Assembly (NCBI GenBank): GCA_012295275.1
Contig: CM022678.1
Coordinates: forward strand, 10,292,001 to 10,356,000
DNA length: 64,000 bases
From: Chrysomallon squamiferum
Taxonomy: Eukaryota; Animalia; Mollusca
Reading direction: 5' to 3'
In this document: positions 1 to 35,478 of the stretch, piece after piece
How the letters are laid out: the number at the start of each line of letters is the position of its first letter
Numbering within the stretch: the first letter of the stretch is position 1
Position numbers and translations under genes: made by a program
The notes under the pieces: model-generated
The model's input: the letters and a program-made list of their open reading frames with translations, nothing else
Told to the model about the DNA's origin: nothing
Databases searched by the model: none

Positions 1-39
1 CTCCACGTTTTACTACACGCAGGTTCTGCTCTGTTTAGT

Positions 40-132
40 ACATCAAACGAGTTGATGTCAGTGGCGAATCGTTTTCTTGTGTAGTGTTAAATAATCTGAT
101 ACTGTCACGTGACAGTGATTGTATTCTGCATG
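40..132 (+). other. Putative leader/signal-peptide exon of gene A (possibly degenerate)
   Basis: ...LILSRDSDCILH-G|gtacgt is a phase-1 donor matching the phase-1 CUB exon acceptor. Homologous blocks precede other paralogues (~9500-9591, ~13200-13284, ~54650-54737, ~58400-58488). No in-frame ATG was found. Confidence 0.4.
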
Positions 133-429
133 GTACGTACTTTTATGTTTCTTTAGCGAGCAGAGGTTCGGAACACTTCCTTGTGAGAACTGATTTAAAA
201 TGAAGTTGCAGATTATTATATTGTTATTTCTTACATGTTTCGTTGTTAAATATAGTAAGTATTTTTTTTTATTTCCATTATTATTCAACTTGTTTTATTT
301 CTTTTAATAAATCTAGTCTATTTTTATAGGTATTTTAATAACATAAGTTTTCATTGGAAGGGGGAATATTTGGCTGTGGTAATACGTTTAATTAATTAAT
401 TAATTAAATTTTATTAATTAACTTTTTAG

Positions 430-7510
<7,081 letters not shown>

Positions 7511-9199
7511 TTTGTAAACATCTCTCATATATTTCTCAAGTTAACTACGTACAACTAGAAATCACAGTTATGACCTCCAACATCAGACAAACGGATTTTT
7601 TTCTCTCTCCCTAAATCACATATTTGTTTCTATAGTCATTTGAAATTAACGGCTTTGAATGTATATATTAATTTAGCAATTTAAATAAGTAACTAAATTT
7701 ATATTTGTGCTTAAACTTCTGTAATAATTATAACGTAGGAGACACATATAATTTTCCTTTTGCAACATTAGTAATTACCTATAGGCCTGTGTGGATAAAT
7801 ATATACTATATAAACCTGTACCCTATATACTATCTGTGATATAATCAAGGACTCAGTTATGATATGCTTATGGGAAGATAATATTTACACTTATTTTTAA
7901 AGTTTGACTGAATAGATGACTACACATGAATATTTTGTTAAAGACGGTTATAACAAGCAAATAGTTTCATAATGATGTACATGGAGAAGAAACCTCGGTC
8001 GCCTCCCTCATAGGTTACACTTTTTTTATAATTGGCAGCAAGGCTTATTTTATATCAACTGTTTTTCTTGATAAATCAGTCATGAGCTCTGCCTGGAACT
8101 TGATATAGCTTTCTGTGACATCAGTAAAGATCAGTAAGACAATGCGTGAGAGCTAAGACCGACGCTCTAACCACTGGACTACATACATATTTTTGAGACG
8201 TTACAAAATAGAATTATGCTTATACAATAGTGTGTGTGTGTGCGTGTGTGTGTGCGTGTCTTGAGTTTGTTTACATTACATGGCCTGTATTATTCAGAAG
8301 CCGTTATTAATCAGACTGTTTCTAATTATTTTTCTGTGTTGTGGAATTTTCTTTAAAGGAATTAACAATTTATAATAAATCATAAGCTTGAGACAAATTG
8401 GTCTTTTCTTCTTCTTCTGCAATTTAGTAAATTTTGCTAATAATTTTAATAATCATCTTTATTTGATATCCTAACAATTTTTCGGTGTGTCTATAAATGT
8501 ATATATTATTTGGAAAAAAAGAAGAGGAAAAAATCAGGTATAAAAATATCTGTGTAACTTTATATCTGACGTCTGTTAGAAGCTAATAAAGCATTAGAAT
8601 TTATAAAATTTGAACATTACCCACTCAGTATGGTACCCGTGATGCCTAAATATTACATTTCTTTAGTATTTCTAAACATTTTGTGACTTAAGCAAATATT
8701 AGCAATAGAGATCAGTCATTTTCTATTATAGCTAATTATGATGACTGATGAGAAATAACGTTGGTCTTCAGAGTTACCCGTTACTTGTGTTAATTTGCGC
8801 ATCGTGGCACAATGACTGATAAAGTAATAATGTTTTAAGATTATTGCAAAGTTTCAGTTGTGTCATAAAGGCTGACAAAACATTTAACTTAGCACATTGT
8901 TCCACTAAAAACGATCACTGTGACATCACACTTCTGGAAATGCGAGCGATTTTCTCAAGAGGCATAGATTTCGTCAACGATAACACCTTTAACTTTCAAG
9001 TGAAAGAAGAAGAACAACAACAACAACAAAAATGTTATAGATATTTCTAGCTGACTACTGATAGTAAAATTTGGGAGTGTACTTTGCCATAGAAGATTCG
9101 TAACACAAACATACATATTTATCTACTTTTCTACTTATGTATCTATCCATCCATCCATCCATCTATCTATCTATCTATCTAAAGAAAGCATATGAGATG

Positions 9200-9279
<80 letters not shown>

Positions 9280-9299
9280 TAATCATCAATTAAATAATA

Positions 9300-10017
9300 C
9301 TGCACCTTCCGACAAAGAGTAAATCGAGAATTGAGTTTGATAAAACAGTCTGTGAACACTGACTAGACTGGGATATAGGATTACAGAGAACACTCACATG
9401 ACAAACTGCGTGTTAAGCCGGCTCTCTATGCATCGCTATTAGGTTTATTTACAAAAGAGCTCCACGTTTTACTACACGCAGGTTCTGCTCTGTTTAGTAC
9501 ATCAAGCGAGTTGATGTCAGCGGCGAATCGTTTTCTTGTGTAGTTTTAAATAATCTGATACTGTCACGTGACAGTGATTGTATTCTGTATGGTATGTACT
9601 TTTATATTTATTTAGCAAGCAGAGGTTCGAATCACTTCCTTGTGAGAACTGGACTGATTTAAAATGAAGTCGCAGATTATTAAACTGATATTTATTGTCC
9701 ATCCACCCATCAGTCAATCTTTCCATCCATCCATTCACGTATACATCTAGCTATCGATCTGTCTGTCTGTCTGTATCTGTCTGTCTATAAATATCTCAGT
9801 GTATATGTCAGTGTAACTGTCTTTTTATCAGTCTATTTATAAACATGTTATCGTTAGTAGGTATATATCTGACTTAACTGAGTGTAACCCTCGGCATTTC
9901 AAGCACGACCTCGTCTAGATGTCTCTATTTGAATCATGACGTAGTCTTCTAGTCAGTATTTGAATTATGACTTAGTTTAGATATCAATAGTTCTCTTTCT
10001 CCATTTTTCTTCTTCTT

Positions 10018-10087
<70 letters not shown>

Positions 10088-11230
10088 ATTGATTTAAAGA
10101 GAGGCAGGAAAGCATGAGCTTTGACACTCACTGAGAGATATCAGATCAGTGGTAAAGGATTCGTCGAACAATTGCTCTTTCCACTGAACAAAACGGTTCA
10201 CACTGTTATTAGTTATAGCAATTATAATTTGCTTTCTGGTTCAAAGGCTTACGAATGCAACACAATGGAAACCTGCTCTGGTCCGAATATGTGCAGCTAT
10301 CTTAGTACATCTTCATATATGCCAGTTGCTTTTTATTCATAAGGAGGTCCGATCATTGTAGACATTATAAGTTTTAATAATCACTATTAATAATTTTATA
10401 TTACAAAGCAAAATGTATTTTTGTTAAAATTAAGAACGCGATAACGATATGACTAAATAAAACATTTTACTTGGTGTTGAATAAACATAATTAATACTAA
10501 AGTTAAACCAACACGTTACATTCTCGTTGTAAGAAAGATTTCAAATTATTTTTCTTCTTGTTTAAATGGATTAATTTTTACAAAATTAAACTACAAAAGG
10601 CAACCATGTACGTATGTATATCTGTATGAATGTATGTACACATGCATATAAAAGTAATTCCGATTTTTACAGCTGCGTGGCTGTCCATAATGCTACAGCT
10701 CATAAAGTTGAATACAGTGGATACAGTTACAAAGACTGCACATACGCACGCAAACACACACACACACAATTTCTTTACCATAAAATATACAGCCATCTTC
10801 ATAGATAAGCTATGAACAGAGAGATATCTGAAAAATCATGCATGCAGGTCTGAGTGATGTAACCATATAGTTAGAACGAAACAAGACAACAAAAAGAAAT
10901 TAAAAACAAAAACAGATTAAGATGATACTAAAGTCCTTTCTATTGTACAGCATATCGTAAGTTTTCACGAATGCTCTATGTTTCATAAAGTCGAAGCGAC
11001 CTAATAATTCTTTGCTTATTTTTCTTAGCTTTACTTAATTCGATCAGGTTTCTTCCTGGGACAACGAAGAGCTAAACAGTCAGGTGTGATACTCAATCCT
11101 TCTTAAAAGCAATCAATCCATTTGACCTGGTGCTCTTCTTTAGCGAAATACACAGTTTAGATATTGGAGTCAAGAAGAGGATTTAGAATTTCATTTATAT
11201 TTTTGCGTTTTTTATTTATTTATTTATTAC

Positions 11231-11271
<41 letters not shown>

Positions 11272-12340
11272 TTCTTTAATGATGTCAGAGCATGGATTAC
11301 ACATACATATATGTATTCAGAAAGGTACCAGAAGTAGTCGGTTATAAAGAAACACAAACGTAATACTGGAATACACACAATCACATTAACTGAAATAATA
11401 TTAGCATACGCACACAAACACCTGAACAAACATCACTTAAATATATGTTCATACATAAATATACTAATGTTTTTCTCTCATAATTCTAAAGGTTTTTTAT
11501 TGTTTAGTTTTAGTTTTAATTTTTCTTCTATTTATTTTTTTACATTTATGTTATTTTAGTTGTTTTCCTTCATCATCACTTTTTTTTTTCATTCTTCCTC
11601 TTTTTTTTTCAGTTGTCTCGCAGGCAAAATCCAAATATCTGCTTTATGAATACTCTGGAAGTGAAATGTAAGCAGAAATATACTTCATCACTGTTTAAAA
11701 ATAAGATATAGATAGTTTAAAAATATACATCCTTTTCCTGTATTTTTCACTCGGTGTATCTATGTATAATCGTATTTTTAAACGAAGAAGGTACATAGTT
11801 ACAGGTACAGTGATATAACGACAGTGGAAAAAAGAAAGGAAGAGAGAGTGAGAGAGTAGTAGCAGTGGTAGTAGTAATAGTTGTAGTAGTAGTAGTAGTA
11901 GTAGTACAACATTAGTAGCAGTAGCAGCGTTAGTAGGCATAGTAGCAGTCATGTAGTACTAATATAGGTAATAGTTATAGAGCAATATTAAAACTAGGAA
12001 GAAATATTTACTAGAAGAATTATCCTATTAAACCAAATATGTTCAAATATTTATAGTTTCTAATAATTAAAACTGTCGTTAATGTTTTTACTCTTGCTTG
12101 CATGATTTGCGTGGCTGTGTTTGGTAGTGAAAATAGTGCAAGGAATAAGCAGATTCCTGTATTTTGTCTACTACATAAAGTAAAGTGTAATAATGTAGAA
12201 CAAATAAATGCATTAGATAAGCTGTAAGTAATTCAAATATAAATGTGTTTAAACAGAAAATACAAAATGTGATAAGAACACGCTGGAAGAAGATTATTTG
12301 GAACCCTGTCCGCCAGAAAATTATTCTGAACGTGCTACTG
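9300..12340 (+). pseudogene. Degenerate CUB-Ig receptor relic (psi1)
   Basis: Leader-like block to 9591; CUB exon-3 relic ~10239-10351 with lost acceptor and TAA at 10340-10342; Ig1 3' fragment ~10651-10725 (FYSCVAVHNATAHKVEYSG); intact-looking tail exon 12257-12340 (ENTKCDKNTLEEDYLEPCPPENYSERAT) homologous to gene B exon 24619-24693, with matching upstream intron. Confidence 0.8.
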
Positions 12341-12944
12341 GTAATTCAAATATAAATCTTTTTAAGATCAGACGTTCACAATCGTACCTCTAATCCCTCC
12401 ATATTAAATTTCTTTAATATTCCTAAATATTTTGGGTCTTAAGCAAACAACAACAACAGAGATTATGACGACTTAATGAACAAAATGTTGGTGGTTGAGA
12501 ATTACTCATTACTTTGCAGCCCGCGCAGTTTGTTTGACAAAGAAATAAAATATTAAGATTATTGCAAAGTTTTAGCTGAGTCATAAACGCTGACAAAAAC
12601 ATTTAACTACAATCGATTGTTCAACTAATAAACAACCCCTTGTGAACCATAGATTTCTTCAACGATAATACTGTCACCTTAGACTTATCAATACAAAATT
12701 GAAAATGTGTGTGTGTGTGTCTCCTTCAGATCTATCTATTTCTGGCTTATCAGACAAAATATCCTGTAAATAAGTTTGAATTAACAACTTATAGTTGTAT
12801 AATAATAATAATATTTCATTCAAATATTAGGCACACATACCTACATTCATGTACACATATATACATACATACGTACATACATACATATATATAGATAGAT
12901 AGATATAGATATAGACTACACTCCCAAATTTTATTATTACAATC

Positions 12945-12998
<54 letters not shown>

Positions 12999-13129
12999 TC
13001 ACACACACGCTTATATTAATATATGTAAAACGAGAACTGAGTTTGATAAAACAGTGTTTGCACACTGACTAGACTGGGATATAGGATTACCGAGGAACAC
13101 TGACATACTGACGACACACTGCACGTTAG

Positions 13130-13284
13130 GCTGATTCTCTGTGTATCAGGTTTACACAGACAAGAGCTATGTGTTTTACTATACGTACGTTCTGCTCTGT
13201 ATGGTACGGGAATCGTGTTAATCGTCAAATTGAATGTTTTTATTAAAACAGTGTTGTCACGAGACGGCGATTGTATTCCGCATG
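13130..13284 (+). other. Putative leader exon of gene B with altered donor
   Basis: Reads ...GIVLIVKLNVFIKTVLSRDGDCIPH, but the donor is ctatgt at 13285, whereas the duplicate at 58489 has gtatgt. Confidence 0.35.
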
Positions 13285-13793
13285 CTATGTACGTTTATAT
13301 TTCTTTAGCGAGCAGAGGTTCGGAACACTTCCTTGTGAGAACTGGACTGATTTAAAATGAAGTCGCTGATTGTTATATTGATATATTTTATAGGTTTCGT
13401 TGTTAAGTATGGTAAGTATTTTTTATTATTATTGTTGTTGTTGTTGTTGCTGTTGCGAGAACTGGACTGATTTAAAATGAAATCGCAGATTATTATATTC
13501 ATATTTTTTATATGTTTCGTTCTTAAGTATGGTAAGTATTTTTTATTGTTATTGTTGTTATTATTATTATTATTATTACTATTACTATTACTATTATTAT
13601 TATTGTTGTTGTTGTTGTTGTTGTTGTTGTTATTGTTATTATTTCACTCGCCTTAAGTTCTTTTAACAAAACAAGTGTATTTTATTATAAACCTTTTCCT
13701 TTAAACGGAGAATATTTGTTTCACAACTCAGTCTCGTTCTGTATTTAAAAATGTGGTAACATGTTAATTAATTTGTATTAATTAAACTTTTAG

Positions 13794-25607
<11,814 letters not shown>

Positions 25608-25851
25608 AAACAGATGAATGAAGCATTGTCAATAAAAGCCACTCATTTATTTCTTAGGTCAACTGCGTACAATTAAAATATGACTGAATTGCTCACAGTT
25701 AGTACCTCTAAAATTGTATAATTTTTTTTTTACTCACGCTAAATAACATACGAGTTCTGAATACATATACTGTATATAGTATTCTAGTAATTCAAATAAA
25801 TAAATAAAACTGTTTTAAACTTCTAGCGATAATATATATCAAATTGTGTGC

Positions 25852-25896
<45 letters not shown>

Positions 25897-26085
25897 GATA
25901 TAGCATTACCTTATTTACGTAGATCATGTTGTTTTGTATATATGTAAATAGTTACATTATTTACATATTTATTTTAATGATTATTTCTGTATTGTAAATT
26001 GCATTATGAGTGACAATTTATAATAAATTACATACTTTATAGAGTAGTTTTGTTGTGTTATCATTTATTGATACATTTTTAATTT

Positions 26086-26116
<31 letters not shown>

Positions 26117-26661
26117 TTATTATTAGTAGTAGTAATAGTAGTAGTTGTAATAGTAGTAGTAGTATTTTAATAACATTTCCATTTGATATTATCGTAAGAT
26201 TACTAAGTGTTTATTAACCTGTTTATTCCTTTGTTCACTAAACTAGATATAAAACACCTTAAATGTCTGTATATCTGCCTGTCTGTTTGTAGCTAATGCA
26301 GAATTAGTATGGTTTGCAATTTTTCTTTTTTTCTCTTGACCTTTCGAAGTCTGGCAATAGTCCCTCCACTTTCTTGAATCGTCATCTAATGTCACTCCAC
26401 CACTGAAGTTGAAACTTTTACCACTTGATTCACGTAAGCTCCAGGAAAGTTATTCGTGGTTAACATCAAAATGCCCGTGCAATGCGTGCAAGTGAAACTG
26501 TTTGTGAAAAGGCAACTGAACTGCACTTGTGAGACTTTTCGCGAGCAAATACAAATTAACGAACTTGATCAAATTAATATTCTGATCATCATGTTTCTCG
26601 TTAACACGAGATTTATGTATGTTGTTTTGTGCGTCTGTATGTAGGTGAGTGTTTGTGTGTG

Positions 26662-26712
<51 letters not shown>

Positions 26713-27000
26713 GAACATACAAACATACATATATACACATAAATTTACTCATATAATTCATATTATACACACACATACGCACAAAATACAAATAAGTACA
26801 GACATCCCTTTAACTATCGACTAATCTATCTCTGTCATACATTTTCTGTCCGTTTCCGTCCTATTCGTATATCTTCATTTTTCTCCTCAGCACATTTCTC
26901 TGTTTTTCTCTGAGACCGAATGTCATCTTCGTTTTCGTCTCTTTTTCTCTGTTTTCCTATTTTAATTCCCTGAATTGTTCTATGTCTGCACATCTCAGTG

Positions 27001-27091
<91 letters not shown>

Positions 27092-27199
27092 TATATGTAA
27101 ATATATATATATATATATACAAACACACACGTACATACATACATATATATATATATATGTTATATAAACACAAAGTAAAATTACTATGAATCATGGCTA

Positions 27200-27307
<108 letters not shown>

Positions 27308-28479
27308 AATTCCATCATCATACATACAAAAACACAAAAACAAAAAAACAAGAAAAATAAAACATTTTAGTCATATTCAGAATATTGAAATTGTATTATT
27401 TAACCCTAATTTATTATGATGTAGATGGCGTTGCTGATGGACAGAACGCCCGACATAATGACTCTCGCTGAACTGAAATTAGTTCTAGAAGAGTGGCTTA
27501 AGGTGAATAGACCGAAATGATTTATAGCATGGTTTTACTCTAATTATAATCTACTAAACGGGTACAAGTTCAAAAAGTTGCCTCCCTTAGATCATCACAC
27601 GTTCCTGGTGTTTACGTTACTAACGATCAGCCATGTGCAAATATTGTCTCTACCATCATATAGGTGAAACTCCTATTTCAGTAAAATAACAACCTTTTTT
27701 AAAATAGGAATATTAAAAATATTAAATAAGGACATGCCTATCTCTTTTCATTTGTTTTTATCTCGACCAAGATGACAATGGATAAAGTTTATCTGTCTAA
27801 ATGAAGATAAAAATAATATAGAAGAGCTGTTATATTTACTTCCTGTCTACAAAAAATAACGATAACGTATCATTAGAGCCTGATTTAGACTGAATAAAAT
27901 TCAAGCTGACGTGATTAAAACTACAGCCTGAAGGATATCGAGTGAATGTCTACTAAACTAAGTGCAAAAATGTTGTTCGTAGGTTAAAGTTCTGGCGTGG
28001 TTTAAATATAGTTCATCATCTGAGCTTACACATTTTTTTTAATTCTCTACTGCATCTTCTACGTGATAAATGAATTAGGATCAGTCGTAAGACAAAGCTT
28101 AACAAAAGTATAAGTATGCATCCATGTAGCAATTCTTAACAAAATGTAAGCCACGAAAAATATTAAATTAAAATGAATAACTATGCAGCTCGTTCTCAAA
28201 ATAGATACAAAATTAATCTCAGTGGAACATTAAGCTGTAACGACTGCAGTCAGTATTATTATTCATATGTGTATATACACACACACACACACACCCACAC
28301 ACACACACACAGAGACACACACACACACAGAAACACACATATATATAATAATTCATAATTTATTTAAACTGCCAATTATAGACCACCTCACACGCTCATT
28401 CTTTATCATATATTGATAGATACAGATGTATATTTGTGTGTGCATATTTGTGTCTGTATGTTTGCGTGTGTATAGGTGT

Positions 28480-30200
28480 GTGTTTCGAATTTTCAGTGGC
28501 AATCTACACTCCAAATTTTATTATCAGTGGTTAGCTACAACAATCTAATTTTTATTTTATTTCATTATTTTATTTTATTTTTATTATTCTTAAACGTTTA
28601 AGGTGTTATCTTTGACGAAATCTATGCCTCTTGAGATTCTCGTTCGAAGTGTAGAAGTGTGACGTCACAGTGATTGTTTGGTGGTTGAATGTGTTGTCAG
28701 CGTTTATGACTCAACTAAAACTTTGCAATGATCTTAAAAATGTTATTACTTTATCAGTCGTCCTGCGTCGAGGTGCAAATGAACAAAAGTAAAGGATAAT
28801 TCTGAACCACCAACATTATTTTTAATACGTGGTCATAATTAGTTATGATAGAAAATTACTAACCTCCATTATTTACGTTTGCTTAAGTCCAAGAATGTTT
28901 AGGAACATTAAAGAAATCTAATATTTAGACAACACAGGAACTGTACTGAACGAGTAATCTTGAAATGTATTAAATTCTAATACTTTATTAATTATTAATA
29001 GACATTAGATATAGATGTTTTTTATGCCAGTTTTATTTGCCAAGTAATATATACATTCACAAACACATACGTTTATAATATATACGTTGTTAGGATATGA
29101 AATAAATATTATTCTTAAAATTATTATCAAAATTTACTAAGCCATAATACCTTTTTTTCAAATTGTAGGGAAAAAGAATGAAAGAAACAAAGAAACAAAG
29201 AAAACACCCAGTTTCTCAAGTATATGATTTATTATAAATTGTCAATTCTTTATAAGAAGATTCTACAACATCGGAAAATAATTACAAAGAGTCTGATTAA
29301 TATCGGCATCTGATTAGTATTGGTAATGTAACAAAAATATACTCAGCATTCAAATTACTGTACAAGTATAATTCTATTTTGTAACATTTCAAACGATTGT
29401 AGCACAGTGGTTAGAGCGTTCGTGATAGCTCTCACACATTATCTTACCGATACTTAGTGCTATCACAGTAAGTTATGTCCAGTTCCAGACAGAGCTCATG
29501 ACTGATTTATCAAACACTGTAGTGTTTTACTTATTTATCAAAATAACACTGGATATAAAATAAGCCTTTCTGCCAATTATAAAAAAGTGTAACCTATGAG
29601 GAGGCGACCGAGATTTCTTCTCCATGTACATCACTACTGAACTATTTGCTTGTTATAACCGTCAGTAATAAAATATTCATTTGTGTTCATTAATTCACAC
29701 AAACAAACGTTAAAGGTAAATGTAAATTTGTTTAATATATCCTAAATATTAGCTTCTCATAACCATATCATTATTGAGTCCTTGATTATATTAGAGATAT
29801 TAAATGGGGAATAGGTTTATATAATATATATTTATCCACAAAAGTCACTATTTTTAATTGTTTTTTTATCTGTAGGTAATTACGAATACAGTGTTAACCA
29901 ATACTTGCAAAAAGCAAATACAAATACATATGTCTCCTATTACATTTAGAAGATAAAAACATTAACATAAATTCATTTATTTATTTAAAATGCTAGAATA
30001 CTATATACATTCAAAGCTCGTTATATTAGTGACTATATAAACAAGTATGTGATTTAGCATGAGTAATACACAATATTCCATTTGTATAATGTTGCATGTA
30101 ATAACTTCAGAAATACATGAGTGACTTTTTCAAAGTTTCAATCATTCCTCTCTTTTTAGTTGACCTAGAAGTAAAAAATATAATATAATATCATGTAATA
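28480..30200 (-). repeat. Inverted paralogue of the gene A 3' flank and intergenic block (~7480-9080)
   Basis: For example, gatgtacatggagaagaaacctcggtcgcctcc at ~7975 matches the reverse complement at ~29600-29630; homology continues to the block at ~8800-9080. Confidence 0.85.
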
Positions 30201-30437
30201 TAATATCCACAATATAATATAATATAATATATAGAAAAATTCACATTAATTATAGACAGACATTGATAGATTTATAGGCAGATACATCAACCGACAAACA
30301 AAAACACAGAGACAGAGACACATAGAGACAGACAGACATAGATAGACTGATAGCTAGACATCTAGATGGACAAACATATATATATATATATATCCGTCAC
30401 ACAGTGCCACAGAATAGATATACAGACATATAGATAT

Positions 30438-30500
<63 letters not shown>

Positions 30501-30627
30501 AATATATACAGAGAAAGGTAATTATATAAATAAATAGTTATTCTCATATATTTATTTTCTGTATTAAATAATATCAATAGCACTGTCTTACCTAGAAATA
30601 TCTGTGTTGTAATAACTGGGTGATTCC

Positions 30628-33579
<2,952 letters not shown>

Positions 33580-33798
33580 CTGTAAATAGTTTGCATTATA
33601 CAACAAAATTAAAAATTGGAAGTAAATTAAAAATAAAAATAAAAATATAGAAAAAAACGTCAAATTGATTCAGTCGTGTTCTTTGACATAAAAATATCTG
33701 CATGTATACCTCTTCGTGTAAGTTAGTATCACTTCAACAAATAAAATAGTGTTTAAATATTGATTTAAACTATTTGTACTCTAAAACTTGTCTCATAA

Positions 33799-33998
33799 NN
33801 NNNNNNNNNNNNNNNNNNNNNNNNNNNNNNNNNNNNNNNNNNNNNNNNNNNNNNNNNNNNNNNNNNNNNNNNNNNNNNNNNNNNNNNNNNNNNNNNNNNN
33901 NNNNNNNNNNNNNNNNNNNNNNNNNNNNNNNNNNNNNNNNNNNNNNNNNNNNNNNNNNNNNNNNNNNNNNNNNNNNNNNNNNNNNNNNNNNNNNNNNN
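33799..33998. other. Assembly gap (200 N)
   Basis: Run of N. Confidence 1.
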
Positions 33999-34474
33999 AT
34001 TTAAAACCTTTCACATTATCACTATATTGTTAGAACGAACTTCTTAAATAAAAAGTATTTTGGTGTGTGTTTGTTTTTCCCAATATTGGTGTGACATCAA
34101 CGTTTGCTAATAATAAAGTATCTGGTTTAAAGAAATATAATAAATTACGTCAAATACTGCAAAGGCACCCTTCCATGGTCAAATTATTTGATGACTTGTA
34201 CATAAAATGATGTCAAGAAAATCAACAGTCACATCTCTTAGTAAAATAATAACAAGATATTTGGTAACTTTGTAGAAAGGTTTGCAGTCTGATTTCCATT
34301 TACTCGTAGGGCGTTTCATAATCAATTACTGTATTTTACACTCTCCATGATAAAATTCATTTTCTAGATAAAGAAACTATTTGTGTCCAGGATTTGTAAA
34401 ATGTAAATGAAACTTGATTGAGAACAGATTAACGTAGATGTACGTATGTACGTATGTATGTATGGATTGTGTGT

Positions 34475-34518
<44 letters not shown>

Positions 34519-34560
34519 TGCCTGAATAATATTATTATATATGTATATATAATTTTGCAG

Positions 34561-34582
34561 CTCCTTCAAAGAAAATGAAAAG
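34561..34582 (+). pseudogene. Orphan 22-nt first cytoplasmic microexon (APSKKMK) of the receptor family
   Basis: ttttgcag|ctccttcaaagaaaatgaaaag|gtaatt, identical to gene C exon 33103-33082 but on the opposite strand, preceded by post-TM intron sequence from ~34215. Confidence 0.75.
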
Positions 34583-35147
34583 GTAATTAATTAATTAAAA
34601 TTATTTTGTATTAAAACAGTTTTACATTAACAAAATGAATATTAAATTTGTTAAAATAACCGTCAGACACTTTTTCTCGCCAGGATTGGTTCACAATACT
34701 TAATCATCCGATACTTCTTCTTCTCCTAAGAATTGGTTATTATCCGTTTCTTTCCGCTAGTCGCCATTTTATACGCTAAAAAGGTCACTATCATGTGCGC
34801 CACTTCGCAGAATAATATGTTAATTCAACCCATCCATACACGAGTCATATTAGGTGCATAAATATAACCCAACGCACAGCGCATGTGTACAGTCGTGCCA
34901 ATAGCTTGAGAGAGAGGTCAAATTGCGCAATACTGTTTCGACGAAACACTTTATTGACTTTTTCCGGGAAATACTTTGTTGATTTTTTTCCGTGTCTGTG
35001 CATAGTCATAACAGTAGTTACCCAGAAATTGTGGTTTGTGTTACTTGGAAAAATCTGGACTTTCGCTAGAGTTAGACCTTACTCACTTTGACGATGTAAA
35101 AGCAGACGACTCGGGCGAGGTTTACTGTGTGTAACTGGTATTAACCC

Positions 35148-35478
35148 GTGACATTCAGTTATGAGAAAGTAAAACTAGTGACCAGTGACATTCAGTTATG
35201 AGAAAGTAAAACTAGTGACCAGTGACATTCAGTTATGAGAAAGTAAAACTAGTGACCAGTGACATTCAGTTATGAGAAAGTAAAACTAGTGACCAGTGAC
35301 ATTCAGTGATGAGAAAGTAAAACTAGTGACCAGTGACATTCAGTGATGAGAAAGTAAAACTAGTGACCAGTGACATTCAGTTATGAGAAAGTAAAACTAG
35401 TAACCAGTGACATTCAGTTATGAGAAAGTAAAACTAGTGACCAGTGACATTCAGTTATGAGAAAGTAAAACTATTGAC
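35148..35478. repeat. 37-bp minisatellite, ~9 copies (gtgacattcagttatgagaaagtaaaactagtgacca)
   Basis: Units start at 35148, 35185, 35222 ... 35444. They are near-identical with no spacers. Confidence 0.95.

Noticed and set aside
33774-34033. ORFs of X residues
   Set aside because: Artefact of the N gap.
34950-35070. NF-kB sites upstream of the IAP
   Set aside because: Motifs such as gggaaatact and ggaaaaatct only partly match GGGRNNYYCC; this is not supportable by eye.
35148-35478. CRISPR-like array (37-bp repeats)
   Set aside because: Units are contiguous with no unique spacers, the context is eukaryotic and there are no cas genes; it is a minisatellite.
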